Source of the DNA: an archaeon
GTDB lineage: Archaea > Nanobdellota > Nanobdellia > Pacearchaeales > GW2011-AR1
Reading direction: 5' to 3'
DNA: 64,000 nt
Assembly (NCBI GenBank): GCA_018697035.1
Contig: JABHSE010000002.1
Coordinates: 155,160-219,159 of the forward strand
Position numbers and translations under genes: made by a program. The notes under the pieces are model-generated. The model searched no databases and had not been told where the DNA came from. It saw only the letters and a list, made by a program, of their open reading frames with translations. This document shows, in pieces, positions 16,686 through 26,030 of this stretch (the first letter of the stretch is position 1; each line of letters starts with the position of its first letter).

Positions 16686-17078
16686 ATGGCATTCAACCCA
16701 TTCAAAAAAATGTTAGGACAAGATGAAGAGTTCTCTCCAGATTTCATCGAAATAGACTTAGAGCAAGAAAAATCAGATTCCAAAGTTCTAATAAAAACAT
16801 TCAATCTAAAAGTTTACGAAGACATAAGCCCAGTTCTAAACGCATTGCGAGAAGGCTATACGATCGCGGTAATCGACATCCGAACTCTAAAGTCTAAAGA
16901 CGTGATAGAGCTAAAAAGAGCAATTTCTAAAATCAAAAAAACAGTAGAAGCACTAGAAGGGAAAATCGCAGGCTTCGGAGAAAATACAATTATAGCAACA
17001 CCATCAAAAGTATTCGATATCCAAAAAGGCGTAACTGAAGCCCCAAGGTCAAGATCCGAAGAAATCGAACGATTCTAA
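16686..17078 (+). CDS. sepF: SepF-like cell division protein (DUF552)
   Basis: VLIKTFNLKVYEDISPVLNALREGYTIAVIDIRTLKSKDVIELKRAISKIKKTVEALEGKIAGFGENTIIATP fits the SepF core. Confidence 0.7.
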   Translation: MAFNPFKKMLGQDEEFSPDFIEIDLEQEKSDSKVLIKTFNLKVYEDISPVLNALREGYTIAVIDIRTLKSKDVIELKRAISKIKKTVEALEGKIAGFGENTIIATPSKVFDIQKGVTEAPRSRSEEIERF

Positions 17079-17113
17079 CAACTCTTAAAAAACCCCTATC
17101 TCCTATATATACA

Positions 17114-17767
17114 ATGAAAACTCTATTTATAGAAACAAAACGCAAATTCAAAGACTCCGACATAAACCTAAAACTCCTAGATTCCCTAAAAGGAAAAACA
17201 ATATCTTTAGCAGCAACAATCCAATACATAGACCTAATCCCAAAAATCAAATCCTATCTAGAATCTAAAAACAAAAAAGTAATAATCAAACAAGGCGCCC
17301 ACCACAAAGCCCACGTCCTAGGTTGCAACTCAACAGCGCTAGACAAAACAGCAGACGAAATACTAATAATAACCGACGGCAAATTCCACGCAATAAACAA
17401 CGCAATCCAAATCCAAAAGGAGGTCCACGTATTTTCAGGCCAAACTCTAGATAAAATAACCCAAAAAGAAATAGACCAACACAATAAAAAAACCCTCGCA
17501 AAACAAAAAAAATTCCTCCTCTCAGACACAGTCGCACTAATTCTCTCAACAAAATACGGACAACATCACAAACAAATCAACAAAATCAAAATCAAAATCC
17601 AAGCCTTAAACAAAAAAGTCTACATCTTCGAAGCAAACAATATCAATACACAAGAATTTGAAAACTTTCCACAAATCCAACTCTGGATAAACACTGCCTG
17701 CTATGGACTAGCAAGAGATGATCCAAGAATTGTAAACTTAACAGACATTCTAGAATTCCTAAAATAA
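17114..17767 (+). CDS. dph2: diphthamide synthase subunit Dph2, short two-domain form
   Basis: HVLGCNS, ITDGKFHA and WINTACYGLARDD align with the middle and C-terminal Dph2 domains. At 217 aa the N-terminal domain appears absent. Confidence 0.65.
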   Translation: MKTLFIETKRKFKDSDINLKLLDSLKGKTISLAATIQYIDLIPKIKSYLESKNKKVIIKQGAHHKAHVLGCNSTALDKTADEILIITDGKFHAINNAIQIQKEVHVFSGQTLDKITQKEIDQHNKKTLAKQKKFLLSDTVALILSTKYGQHHKQINKIKIKIQALNKKVYIFEANNINTQEFENFPQIQLWINTACYGLARDDPRIVNLTDILEFLK

Positions 17768-17796
17768 AAAACAAAATTAATAATAATAATTTACGA

Positions 17797-17946
17797 TTAC
17801 TTGTCCATAAGACCCATAACACCGATTACTAAAATAATCAATGCAAGAGCCCATCCAGAAAAGCTTTCTAAAGCAGTAACGCCGATCAATGGTAAAAGCA
17901 GCAAAACACCGATCGCAGTCACAAGTGAAGCATTTAATTTACTCAT
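17797..17946 (-). CDS. small membrane protein (49 aa)
   Basis: Hand-translated MSKLNASLVTAIGVLLLLPLIGVTALESFSGWALALIILVIGVMGLMDK. Strong SD (GGAGGTGAT) lies 7 nt upstream of the ATG. Confidence 0.55.
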   Translation of the reverse strand: MSKLNASLVTAIGVLLLLPLIGVTALESFSGWALALIILVIGVMGLMDK

Positions 17947-17991
17947 CATTTTTTATCACCTCCATTTTATTTAGTTCCCTCTTTACTATTA

Positions 17992-18360
17992 CTAAATCTT
18001 CGCCATAGCGAAAACACTCTTCAACGCAACAACAATCGTCGCTGGAACAAACAACAACAACAAACTTCCCAAAACATTCCGAAGCGAACTTACAACATAA
18101 TTATTAGTAGCAATATACTTCAAGGGCTCCATCCCAAGAGACCCAACAATAACAAGAGACAAACTAGCAAGTAAAAAAGTCATGGAATCTCTATCGCTAG
18201 TATTCATAACTCCAACAATCAAACCAATCAAAACCAAAGTCGAATAAAACAATCCACCAGCTGATTCAAGCGATTCATTAAATAATCCAAATATAACAGC
18301 CAAAACTACACCAATCAAAAACGCATACGCTCCAACCAAATTCTCCTTTGATTTCACCAT
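17992..18360 (-). CDS. membrane protein, about 4 TM
   Basis: 122 aa, hydrophobic throughout. No family recognised. Confidence 0.55.
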   Translation of the reverse strand: MVKSKENLVGAYAFLIGVVLAVIFGLFNESLESAGGLFYSTLVLIGLIVGVMNTSDRDSMTFLLASLSLVIVGSLGMEPLKYIATNNYVVSSLRNVLGSLLLLFVPATIVVALKSVFAMAKI

Positions 18361-18486
18361 AATTCATCGACGACAATACGATATTTAAACTTTCCTGTTA
18401 GTCAAAAACTATGGGACGAAACAGGTATGCAATTATTCAAGATCAACAGAAAACTTTATAAAGTGTAGTAATCCTAGAATTACAAC

Positions 18487-20250
18487 ATGGTAAAAAACAC
18501 ATTCGCAGTTTTTGGAATCCTAGCAGTCTTACTTCTAACATTAGGACTAACATCAGCCTATACATCTACACAAGATAGCATCAAAGTTACAACAACAACA
18601 GAATTACCAAATCCAGTAGCGCCAGGTTCAACATACATAGTAAAAGTAAACGTAACAAACAACAACGGAACAGCAGTTAATCTAAGTTGGGCAGACACAG
18701 CAGCAACTTCTGGAATAACAGCAACAGTTCCAGCGAACGACACACTTGCAAATGCAACATCAAAAGAGTATTCAATAACATATTCAATTCCATCAGGATT
18801 CACAGGAACAGTAGATCACAAGGTTGACGTAAATGCATATAGCGGCTCCACAAAGATAGCAGGCTTCCATCCATATTCTACAGCAAATTATACAAGCACA
18901 AGCGTAATCTCAGGTTGCACAGACCCAACAGCAACCAATTATAACTCAGCAGCAACAGTAGATGATGGATCTTGTACATATTCGTCAACAACAACATTCT
19001 GCGACGAATTCTCAGGAGAGAAGGGCGACCTAGAAATATCAGGATTCGAAATAATCAATAACGGACAAGGAGATGATGAAGAGTGGGAATACTTAGACGA
19101 AATCGAAATCGAAGTTACAATTGAAAACACGGGAAATGACAACATCAATGACGTAATGGTAGAAATTATGATAAAAGATGACAACAACAACATCATAACA
19201 AGAAAAGATGTCGACCTAAACGATGATGAAATCGACCTAGGAAGAATTAACGATGACGACGAAGAAACTGCAACATTCAAGATTGGAGAACTACCAATCG
19301 ATATGAGTGAAGGAGATTATAGAATATATGTAAGAGCATATGAAGATGGAAATGAAGATAGTGAATGCGCATCAAAATCAAACGATTTTACAAACACTGC
19401 AGAAACATACTACGAATTTAAAATAGTAGGAAGCGACGGAGCAACAGTGATAGTTAAAAAGGATTCAACAAAAACACAGACCTCTTGTGGAAGTGAGAAT
19501 GTTGAAGTAAGATTCATGGTTTATAATACAGGGAGCAACGACGAGGATAAAATTTTAGTGATATTAGAAAACTCTCAGCTAGGAATCTATGAGAAGGCAG
19601 TAATCGATAACTTGCGAGACGGAAAAGGAAAAGAAGTAGCATTCTATATATCAATCCCAGAAGAAGTTGCAAAAACAACTAACGAATTAAAAATTTACAC
19701 ATACTACGATTACGATGATGACGAAGACGAACTAGACGAACTACTAGCATATGGAGAAAGTTCAGAGGACGAGGGAGACGACTTCTCAACATTACTAGAA
19801 GTTTTATCTTGCCAATCACCAACTCCAACTGTTTCGGCAAATCTAGAGTCAGAAACTGAAATTGGAAAAGAATTAACAGTAAAAGCTCTAGTTACGAACA
19901 ATGGAGAAGAAAACGATTTCGTGATCTCTGTATCTAGCTTTGAAGCATGGGCAAGCTTAGTAAGCGTAACACCACAAACAGCTTCGATTAAGAAAGGCGA
20001 ATTCCAAGAAGTAGTAATTAAGTTGATGCCAAAGACAGCAGGAATACAATCTTTCAATGTAGAAACTATTATCGATGGAGAAGTCTACACACAATCAGTA
20101 TCTGTAAACATCGCAGAAGAACCAACTATATTCAGTGGAATCAGCGACACAACATTCTACCTAATCACAGGAATCGTCCTACTATTAGTCCTAATATTCT
20201 TCGTTGTTCTAGTAAAGGTAATCAGCAGGCCAAGAAAACAAGAATTTTAA
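18487..20250 (+). CDS. secreted surface protein with C-terminal TM/sorting-like tail (candidate archaeosortase substrate)
   Basis: N-terminal signal (AVFGILAVLLLTLGLTSAYT), T/N-rich Ig-like segments with NxT/S sequons, and acidic repeats. The C-terminus is TFYLITGIVLLLVLIFFVVLVKVISRPRKQEF. Located directly upstream of the sortase-like gene. Confidence 0.6.
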   Translation: MVKNTFAVFGILAVLLLTLGLTSAYTSTQDSIKVTTTTELPNPVAPGSTYIVKVNVTNNNGTAVNLSWADTAATSGITATVPANDTLANATSKEYSITYSIPSGFTGTVDHKVDVNAYSGSTKIAGFHPYSTANYTSTSVISGCTDPTATNYNSAATVDDGSCTYSSTTTFCDEFSGEKGDLEISGFEIINNGQGDDEEWEYLDEIEIEVTIENTGNDNINDVMVEIMIKDDNNNIITRKDVDLNDDEIDLGRINDDDEETATFKIGELPIDMSEGDYRIYVRAYEDGNEDSECASKSNDFTNTAETYYEFKIVGSDGATVIVKKDSTKTQTSCGSENVEVRFMVYNTGSNDEDKILVILENSQLGIYEKAVIDNLRDGKGKEVAFYISIPEEVAKTTNELKIYTYYDYDDDEDELDELLAYGESSEDEGDDFSTLLEVLSCQSPTPTVSANLESETEIGKELTVKALVTNNGEENDFVISVSSFEAWASLVSVTPQTASIKKGEFQEVVIKLMPKTAGIQSFNVETIIDGEVYTQSVSVNIAEEPTIFSGISDTTFYLITGIVLLLVLIFFVVLVKVISRPRKQEF

Positions 20251-20290
20251 TTTTCAATAGATTTTTTAAGTTAGATTCATTTCTCAAAAA

Positions 20291-20809
20291 ATGCAAAACC
20301 AAGCTAAAAAGATTCTAAGTCTTTTTATGAGATATATCGCAATCATAGCAATCGGACTAGGAAACCTCTACATATTATACAAAGTTCTAACTCCCCTAAC
20401 CATCCACGCTACAAACTCGATCCTAAGCCTCTTCACTCGAACATCGTTAGCAGGAAACATCATCCACATAAGAAACGCTATAATTGAAATAGCACCACCC
20501 TGCGTCGCAGCATCAGCATTCTTCTTATTAATAGCCCTAATCCTCTCAACCTCAAATATAAAGCCTAAGACTAGAGCATACGCAATCCTAGCAGCTACAG
20601 CAACCCTATTTACATTAAATATAACAAGAATCCTCCTACTTATCCCCTTTATAGGTCAACCCTACTTCGAAACACTACATTGGATATTCTGGCATCTCAT
20701 ATCAATCGTCTTAGTCTTGGTAACATACCTCACAATAATAAAAACTTACAAGATAAAATCAATCCCAGTATATTCAGATTTCAAATACCTAAAGTCCTTG
20801 GCAAGTTAA
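20291..20809 (+). CDS. exosortase/archaeosortase-family protein (small variant)
   Basis: 172 aa polytopic protein. It has the family's Cys/Arg/His triad in the expected order and context: IEIAPPCVAASAFF (Cys71), TLNITRILLL (Arg113), ETLHWIFWHL (His130/135). Confidence 0.65.
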   Translation: MQNQAKKILSLFMRYIAIIAIGLGNLYILYKVLTPLTIHATNSILSLFTRTSLAGNIIHIRNAIIEIAPPCVAASAFFLLIALILSTSNIKPKTRAYAILAATATLFTLNITRILLLIPFIGQPYFETLHWIFWHLISIVLVLVTYLTIIKTYKIKSIPVYSDFKYLKSLAS

Positions 20810-21492
20810 ACTACTTCACGAGTCGCCCCAAAATCTTCAATAGATTTCACCATGAATTTCTCAATCCCCGAAATATCTTCACAATCCTTTGCTATAATAG
20901 TGTAACAATAAGGATTTTTCTCATCCTTAAAAACCTCAGCTTCTTCCCCAATCTCAACAATAACCAGAGTCCTATCTAAAACCGTATCACAAGTAGCAAA
21001 ACGCCTATCTTCCTCAATCGCAATGAATTCATCTGTAGAACCGCTCTCAAGAACCTCAACACCAACACCCTGTCTCAAAAACGCACTCAAATCAAAGACA
21101 CCTCTACCTATCTCACCTCGACACTTATCAACTCCAGAACTAAGCGAAACAACACCTCCATACTTAAAGGTGTCAAAAACACCAGTCGTAGAAACATCAT
21201 TATCTCGAGGATCAATCCTCAAAAAAATATTATAGTGTAAGTTTGGATTTCCAAAAGAGAGGAATCGTCCATGAAATATTTTCAAATAATCATAATCTTC
21301 GACAAGCCAGTCAGCACCGACATACTCAAAATTTTTAGAACTTTCAATCCAGAAGTATGGAACTAATACCCCCGCAAAAACAATCCCAACAACAACAAAA
21401 AACCAAATCAACTGCCGGTTCTCATTATCCCTAACACTCTTTCCAATATTCTTGCTAACCTTCTTCTTGGAAATAGTTTTCTTGTTTGCCAT
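20806..21492 (-). CDS. membrane-anchored hypothetical protein
   Basis: 228 aa. Basic N-terminus, one TM (LIWFFVVVGIVFAGVLVPYFW), and an extracytoplasmic domain with 4 Cys. Co-directional with and downstream of the S-layer gene. Confidence 0.55.
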   Translation of the reverse strand: MANKKTISKKKVSKNIGKSVRDNENRQLIWFFVVVGIVFAGVLVPYFWIESSKNFEYVGADWLVEDYDYLKIFHGRFLSFGNPNLHYNIFLRIDPRDNDVSTTGVFDTFKYGGVVSLSSGVDKCRGEIGRGVFDLSAFLRQGVGVEVLESGSTDEFIAIEEDRRFATCDTVLDRTLVIVEIGEEAEVFKDEKNPYCYTIIAKDCEDISGIEKFMVKSIEDFGATREVV

Positions 21493-21496
21493 TTAT

Positions 21497-22123
21497 CTAT
21501 ATATCCAATATATCATATAAAAATGCATCGACTCCTTTCAAGAAATCACCCTCAATAAAAACGCAATTATTATCTCCATAAACCCTCGTCTCATTCCCGA
21601 TATCAAAAATAATCAAGTTAGAATCACAATCCTTAATCGGCAAATTCTCATCGCAGAACACATCAGAATTATTAGTTAAGTTGCCCAAATCATCCGACCA
21701 CCGACCACCGACCACCGACTCTCGGGAATCTTGCTGCAAGCAAGATTCCTGATATCTCAAAATATATCCGCCCAAATTATTCAAGACCTCACCAACGCCT
21801 TCATTCGGATTTACAAAATACAACGCCTTCCCGGAATAATCTCCAAACTCCACCGACACGTTCACATCAACATCCTCAACCTCCGAAGGCAAATATTGAA
21901 AACCAAAAACACTCTCATCTAAAATCAACTTCCACATTCCACCATCCCGAACAAATTCAAACCCCAACTCCTCAACAACACTTTCCTCCTCGCTATCAGC
22001 ATTCATAATAGCAAACCCAGCAGTAGAAGCTAGAAGCAAAAAAATCATACCAACTCCCATAATAATATTATTTCTCCGTCGAGCCCTCTCGATATCAGCG
22101 ATACTCTTAATCCGTCTCATCAT
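21497..22123 (-). CDS. membrane-anchored hypothetical protein
   Basis: ATG at 22123 (MMRRIKSIADIE...), one TM, Cys-containing ectodomain. TATA-like TTTATATT lies about 20-27 nt upstream. Contains a heptamer array. Confidence 0.55.
   Translation of the reverse strand: MMRRIKSIADIERARRRNNIIMGVGMIFLLLASTAGFAIMNADSEEESVVEELGFEFVRDGGMWKLILDESVFGFQYLPSEVEDVDVNVSVEFGDYSGKALYFVNPNEGVGEVLNNLGGYILRYQESCLQQDSRESVVGGRWSDDLGNLTNNSDVFCDENLPIKDCDSNLIIFDIGNETRVYGDNNCVFIEGDFLKGVDAFLYDILDI
21694..21721. repeat. tandem heptamer array (CCGACCA)x3 plus CCGACTC
   Basis: Read directly. In frame inside the 21497..22123 CDS, where it encodes ESVVGGRWSD. Confidence 0.9.
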
Positions 22124-22172
22124 ACAAAAAACAATTCCCCAAATATAAACCTTACTAAAAACCAAATGACAT

Positions 22173-22202
22173 AAAAAAAGCCCGACCTTTTTGGGGTCGG
22201 GC
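22173..22202 (-). terminator. hairpin plus T-run terminator of the S-layer gene
   Basis: On the minus strand: GCCCGACC-ccaaaaa-GGTCGGGC followed by TTTTTTT, about 40 nt after the stop at 22243. Confidence 0.7.
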
Positions 22203-22242
22203 GAGAAAATAAAAAATAAATAATTTTCTTTATGTATTAACT

Positions 22243-24375
22243 TTATGCAGTAACTACACTAGCTTCAGTAGCAGATGTACCCTTCATTTTAGTCCCGACA
22301 GTTGTATCAACGTCGTTATTCAATAAATAAGTAACAGCCTTCTCAGTATCAGCAGCATTGTAACCAGCAACTAGCAAAGCAGTCTTTCCAGCCCTACTAA
22401 AGGATTGGATCAAAAACTCACCAGCAGCAACATCTGTAGCAGATGTAAATGCGCTTTCACTCAAAGCACCACCAAGTAATTCAGCAGCAACAGAGTTGAT
22501 AGCAGAACCACCAACAACTACTAAATTCTTACCAGAAACAGTAGCAGCATCAGCATCGTCAACCGTCATGACACCAGCATCTCCGCTCTCACTAGCTTCT
22601 CCGCCAGCAACAACCGAAACAACAGCATAAACACGATCACTTGGAACACTAACGATAACTTCGTCATTATCTAAGTTAGCCTCAGGAGTCTGGATAATTA
22701 GACCATTTGTAGTCATAATATCATTATCGTAAGTACCGACATTTGTAGCAGCAACTAACATATCACCAGCAAGACCATCTTCTTTATCAGTAGCTTCAGT
22801 GTCTCCACCAAACCACTTCAATTCACCACTAGTCTCAGCTAAAACCTCACCACCTACATCAATAGTAAATGATTGGCCAGCTCCAGTATCTGTAAAGATA
22901 ACCTGTAAGTTACCAGCAACAACAGAAGCGTTCATAGCGACAACTGTATCTCCTACAATTAAATCACCAAGGTCAGCTTGTGCAATAGCGTTTCCGCTAG
23001 CAGCAACAGTAGGGTAAGCTACAGAGAATCTAGGTCGAATAGAATCTTGAATAGTTCCATCAACATCACTATAGAATACTTCCAAAGAAGCATTTGCCTG
23101 TGTACCCTGTGTTTCTTCATCGTCATCAGCCCACATTAAGTACATCTTAGAAGTCTCCTGATTACCAGTAGTCAATTTAATAGCATCTTTTGTACCATCA
23201 ACAGACTCGATAATCAAAACAGGAGCATCTAAAGTCTGTGCAGTTGAAGTCAAATCAGTATTATTCCAAAGATCCTCAGAATCATCGAAATAAATCTTGA
23301 AATCTTCATATGTTACATCAGTTATACCATCAAAACTAACTTCACCGAAGTTTTCAGGCAATAGGTAACTACCACCTTCATAAACTACGTCATCAGTATC
23401 TCTAGTTTCCTTTTGATTGTACTTAACACCGATGTATCCAGCAGCAGTACTCAAAGAGTCCAAATGCCATACCCAAGTTGGGTCATCTTCATCTTCACCG
23501 ATATATTCTTCTCCATCACTATATGTTTTAGAGATTTCAGGTCCGATTTGAAGAATTGTTTTACTTAGTTCAGGAGAGTTAGAATGGTATCCTATACTCT
23601 TAACCTTAACTTTTAATCCATCAATTTTTTTAGTAGAACCACTAGAAATCATCTCACCGTTAACCTGAACGTCACCACTAAAGATATCGTCCACAGTAAA
23701 TGTTTTACCATCTATAGTAACAGATTCTCCAATAGCAACAGAAACTTCCTCAGAAGTAACTACAGTAATAGAAGAAGCAGTCATAGCACTAACTTCGTAT
23801 GATTTTCCAAGAATTGTCAAGTAAAGATCATCAGCATCACTATCGCCAACACCAGTTACGTTGAACGCATCGTCAAATACATATCTGTACTCTAGTTGCT
23901 TGTCATTAGTCATAGCTAACAATTCCTCAAAATCATTATCATTAAATGAAGTGTGGATAGCCATTGTACCAAGAAGAATTTCTTCATGGATATTATAATC
24001 ATCAGCACCAGAAGCACCACCATCGTCCCAGTTTAACTTTGTATCAAGCAAAGATGGGATTTTACTATCTGTTAAAGTTGCCGCAGCAAGCTTACCAGTA
24101 GCATTAATAGCACCACCAAGAACAACTTCATCTTCAGTCTCACCTGTAGCACCAGTTAAGGTAGTAACAGAAGAACCTGCAGAAGCAGCGTCTAAGTTAG
24201 AAGCGATTTGAGAAGCAGCAATACCATCGGATGGAGCAGCAGATGCACCAACAACAATAGCAGTATTACTTGTAAAAGGAGTAGGATAGGATGCAGCAGC
24301 AGCCATACCAACAGTCATACCAATTAAAGCAGCACTTCCCGCGATATTCATAGCTTTTCTAAATATTTTTTTCAT
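22243..24375 (-). CDS. S-layer protein
   Basis: 710 aa. Signal peptide (AGSAALIGMTVGMAAAAS), A/T/S/G/D-rich with no Cys. The C-terminal KNLVVVGGSAINSVAAELL...ALLVAGYNAADTEKAVTYL resembles euryarchaeal S-layer termini. GGAGG SD, T-ending codon preference, strong terminator. Confidence 0.65.
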   Translation of the reverse strand: MKKIFRKAMNIAGSAALIGMTVGMAAAASYPTPFTSNTAIVVGASAAPSDGIAASQIASNLDAASAGSSVTTLTGATGETEDEVVLGGAINATGKLAAATLTDSKIPSLLDTKLNWDDGGASGADDYNIHEEILLGTMAIHTSFNDNDFEELLAMTNDKQLEYRYVFDDAFNVTGVGDSDADDLYLTILGKSYEVSAMTASSITVVTSEEVSVAIGESVTIDGKTFTVDDIFSGDVQVNGEMISSGSTKKIDGLKVKVKSIGYHSNSPELSKTILQIGPEISKTYSDGEEYIGEDEDDPTWVWHLDSLSTAAGYIGVKYNQKETRDTDDVVYEGGSYLLPENFGEVSFDGITDVTYEDFKIYFDDSEDLWNNTDLTSTAQTLDAPVLIIESVDGTKDAIKLTTGNQETSKMYLMWADDDEETQGTQANASLEVFYSDVDGTIQDSIRPRFSVAYPTVAASGNAIAQADLGDLIVGDTVVAMNASVVAGNLQVIFTDTGAGQSFTIDVGGEVLAETSGELKWFGGDTEATDKEDGLAGDMLVAATNVGTYDNDIMTTNGLIIQTPEANLDNDEVIVSVPSDRVYAVVSVVAGGEASESGDAGVMTVDDADAATVSGKNLVVVGGSAINSVAAELLGGALSESAFTSATDVAAGEFLIQSFSRAGKTALLVAGYNAADTEKAVTYLLNNDVDTTVGTKMKGTSATEASVVTA

Positions 24376-24585
24376 TATTTTTTAAACCTCCTTTCAGCAC
24401 TATTAGTTTAGCCGCCAACTTCTTGGCCTCGAAAAATTCGAGTTCAACTTTTTTCTAACAGTCTGGCAAGGTCTTATAACTTAGGGAGCGTTATAAGTTG
24501 TCATCACTAGGGGTCCCTATATGAACACTGACTAGTCAATGCATTATTGATGAACAATAACGCTAAACAAAGGACTCACTTTCCC

Positions 24586-24593
24586 TATATAAA
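24586..24593 (-). promoter_or_regulatory. candidate TATA box (TTTATATA) of the S-layer gene, implying a ~185-nt 5' UTR
   Basis: This is the only strong TATA-like element between 24376 and 24650 on the minus strand. The leader contains hairpin CTCGAA-TTT-TTCGAG. Confidence 0.35.
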
Positions 24594-24803
24594 GCTTATC
24601 CTTCAATCAGCGTCGAAAACTACCCAAAATACCCTATTTTACCCGGTTTATTTATAAGGCTTTTGGTACCACATAATAATATAACATATTGACAAAAAAC
24701 CGACTCTTAAAGAATTTCCATATTACAACATATATGGTACAAAATCCCACATATAACCAAAACATAAGACTTATATATCTAAACAAACTTACCATATATA
24801 TCA

Positions 24804-25160
24804 ATGGCACAAAAAACAAAAACAAAAATAAGATATGTAGACATAAATGTAAACAAAGAAAACTTCGTCTCAAAACTAATCGGAGAAAAAAAATCTCACG
24901 ACTTCTCAGATGTAAAACTCCTTAGAAACCTCCTCTCAAACGAAAAATCTCGAATCCTCTACGTCCTCAAAACTCAAAATCCCAAATCAATATACGCTTT
25001 AGCAAAATTATTAGGTAGAGATTTCAAATCAGTAAGAGATGACATTAGGGTCCTGGAAAGATTCGGATTTATAGAATTCCATTCAGAAAAAACAGGCAAA
25101 CGCGAAGCCCTAAAACCAGTCCTAATAATAGATAAACTCCAAATAATAATAGAAGTCTAA
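24804..25160 (+). CDS. winged-helix DNA-binding protein (predicted transcriptional regulator)
   Basis: 118 aa. SRILYVLKTQNPKSIYALAKLLGRDFKSVRDDIRVLERFGFIEF is a wHTH. TATA-like TTATATAT lies 26-33 nt upstream of the ATG. Confidence 0.6.
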   Translation: MAQKTKTKIRYVDINVNKENFVSKLIGEKKSHDFSDVKLLRNLLSNEKSRILYVLKTQNPKSIYALAKLLGRDFKSVRDDIRVLERFGFIEFHSEKTGKREALKPVLIIDKLQIIIEV

Positions 25161-25648
25161 GAGCTACAAATCCTCATCCGAACAACCAAACTCTCCCCAT
25201 GCGAAACAATACTCCTCTGTGCCCCATTACTCTGCCCCGTGCAATTACCTTCATCCCATTTCAGAATTCCCTCGCCTTCCCGAACAAAAAAATCCAACTC
25301 CCAACTCCCAACCATTGCATCACTCAGAACCATCGAAGAAACAACATCACCCAAACTCTCATTCAAATAATCACAAGCCGAAACATCCAAATTACTACAA
25401 TCATCCCCATCATGACAACTCTTAAACAAGTCCTCAAAAGAATCATATTTAGGCACAGCAATAATCGCACAATCAGTAGTAGTCCTCATTATAACATCTA
25501 ACATATTCGAAACACCAACACTATCCACACTCCCCCCATCATCTCGAACCGAAATCACCAAAAAAATCATCAGAGCTACCATTACCAAAACCACAATCAA
25601 AACAAAACCCACAATCTCCTGTTGCCCTCTTCTTTTCAAATATTCCAT
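25157..25648 (-). CDS. class III (type IV prepilin-like) signal peptide protein
   Basis: MEYLKRRGQQEIVGFVLIVVLVMVALMIFLV, then a Cys-containing ectodomain. ATG at 25648 is 2 nt after the upstream stop. Confidence 0.6.
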   Translation of the reverse strand: MEYLKRRGQQEIVGFVLIVVLVMVALMIFLVISVRDDGGSVDSVGVSNMLDVIMRTTTDCAIIAVPKYDSFEDLFKSCHDGDDCSNLDVSACDYLNESLGDVVSSMVLSDAMVGSWELDFFVREGEGILKWDEGNCTGQSNGAQRSIVSHGESLVVRMRICSS

Positions 25649-25649
25649 A

Positions 25650-26003
25650 TTATTTACCAATACTTTGTATAAATAAATTTAACTTTTTCCCCAATTTGTC
25701 AATTTCTTCAAAAATCAGAATCAAGTCACTCTCTGTTAAATAATCCAAATCTAAAGACAAAAAAATTTGAGATTCAACTTCCTTTAGGCTCCCCATAGCA
25801 TTATGTAAAAAATAAATCAGCTCTTTATTTGTTCTCCTTCCACATCCCTCAGCAATATTAGAACTTACACTAACTACAGCTCTCCTAACCTGCGAAGTCA
25901 ACCCATAAATCTCTTCTCTTGGAAATTCCCTACTCAAAACATAAATCATTTTATTTAATCCCCGAGCAATATTCCATATCTCCAATTCCTTAAAATTTCT
26001 CAT
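25650..26003 (-). CDS. four-helix-bundle protein (23S rRNA intervening-sequence protein family)
   Basis: FKELEIWNIARGLNKMIYVLSREFPREEIYGLTSQVRRAVVSVSSNIAEGCGRRTNKELIYFLHNAMGSLKEVESQ is the family signature. Low-GC atypical composition. Confidence 0.85.
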   Translation of the reverse strand: MRNFKELEIWNIARGLNKMIYVLSREFPREEIYGLTSQVRRAVVSVSSNIAEGCGRRTNKELIYFLHNAMGSLKEVESQIFLSLDLDYLTESDLILIFEEIDKLGKKLNLFIQSIGK

Positions 26004-26030
26004 AATAAAATAGCAAAGCCGAACAAGTCA

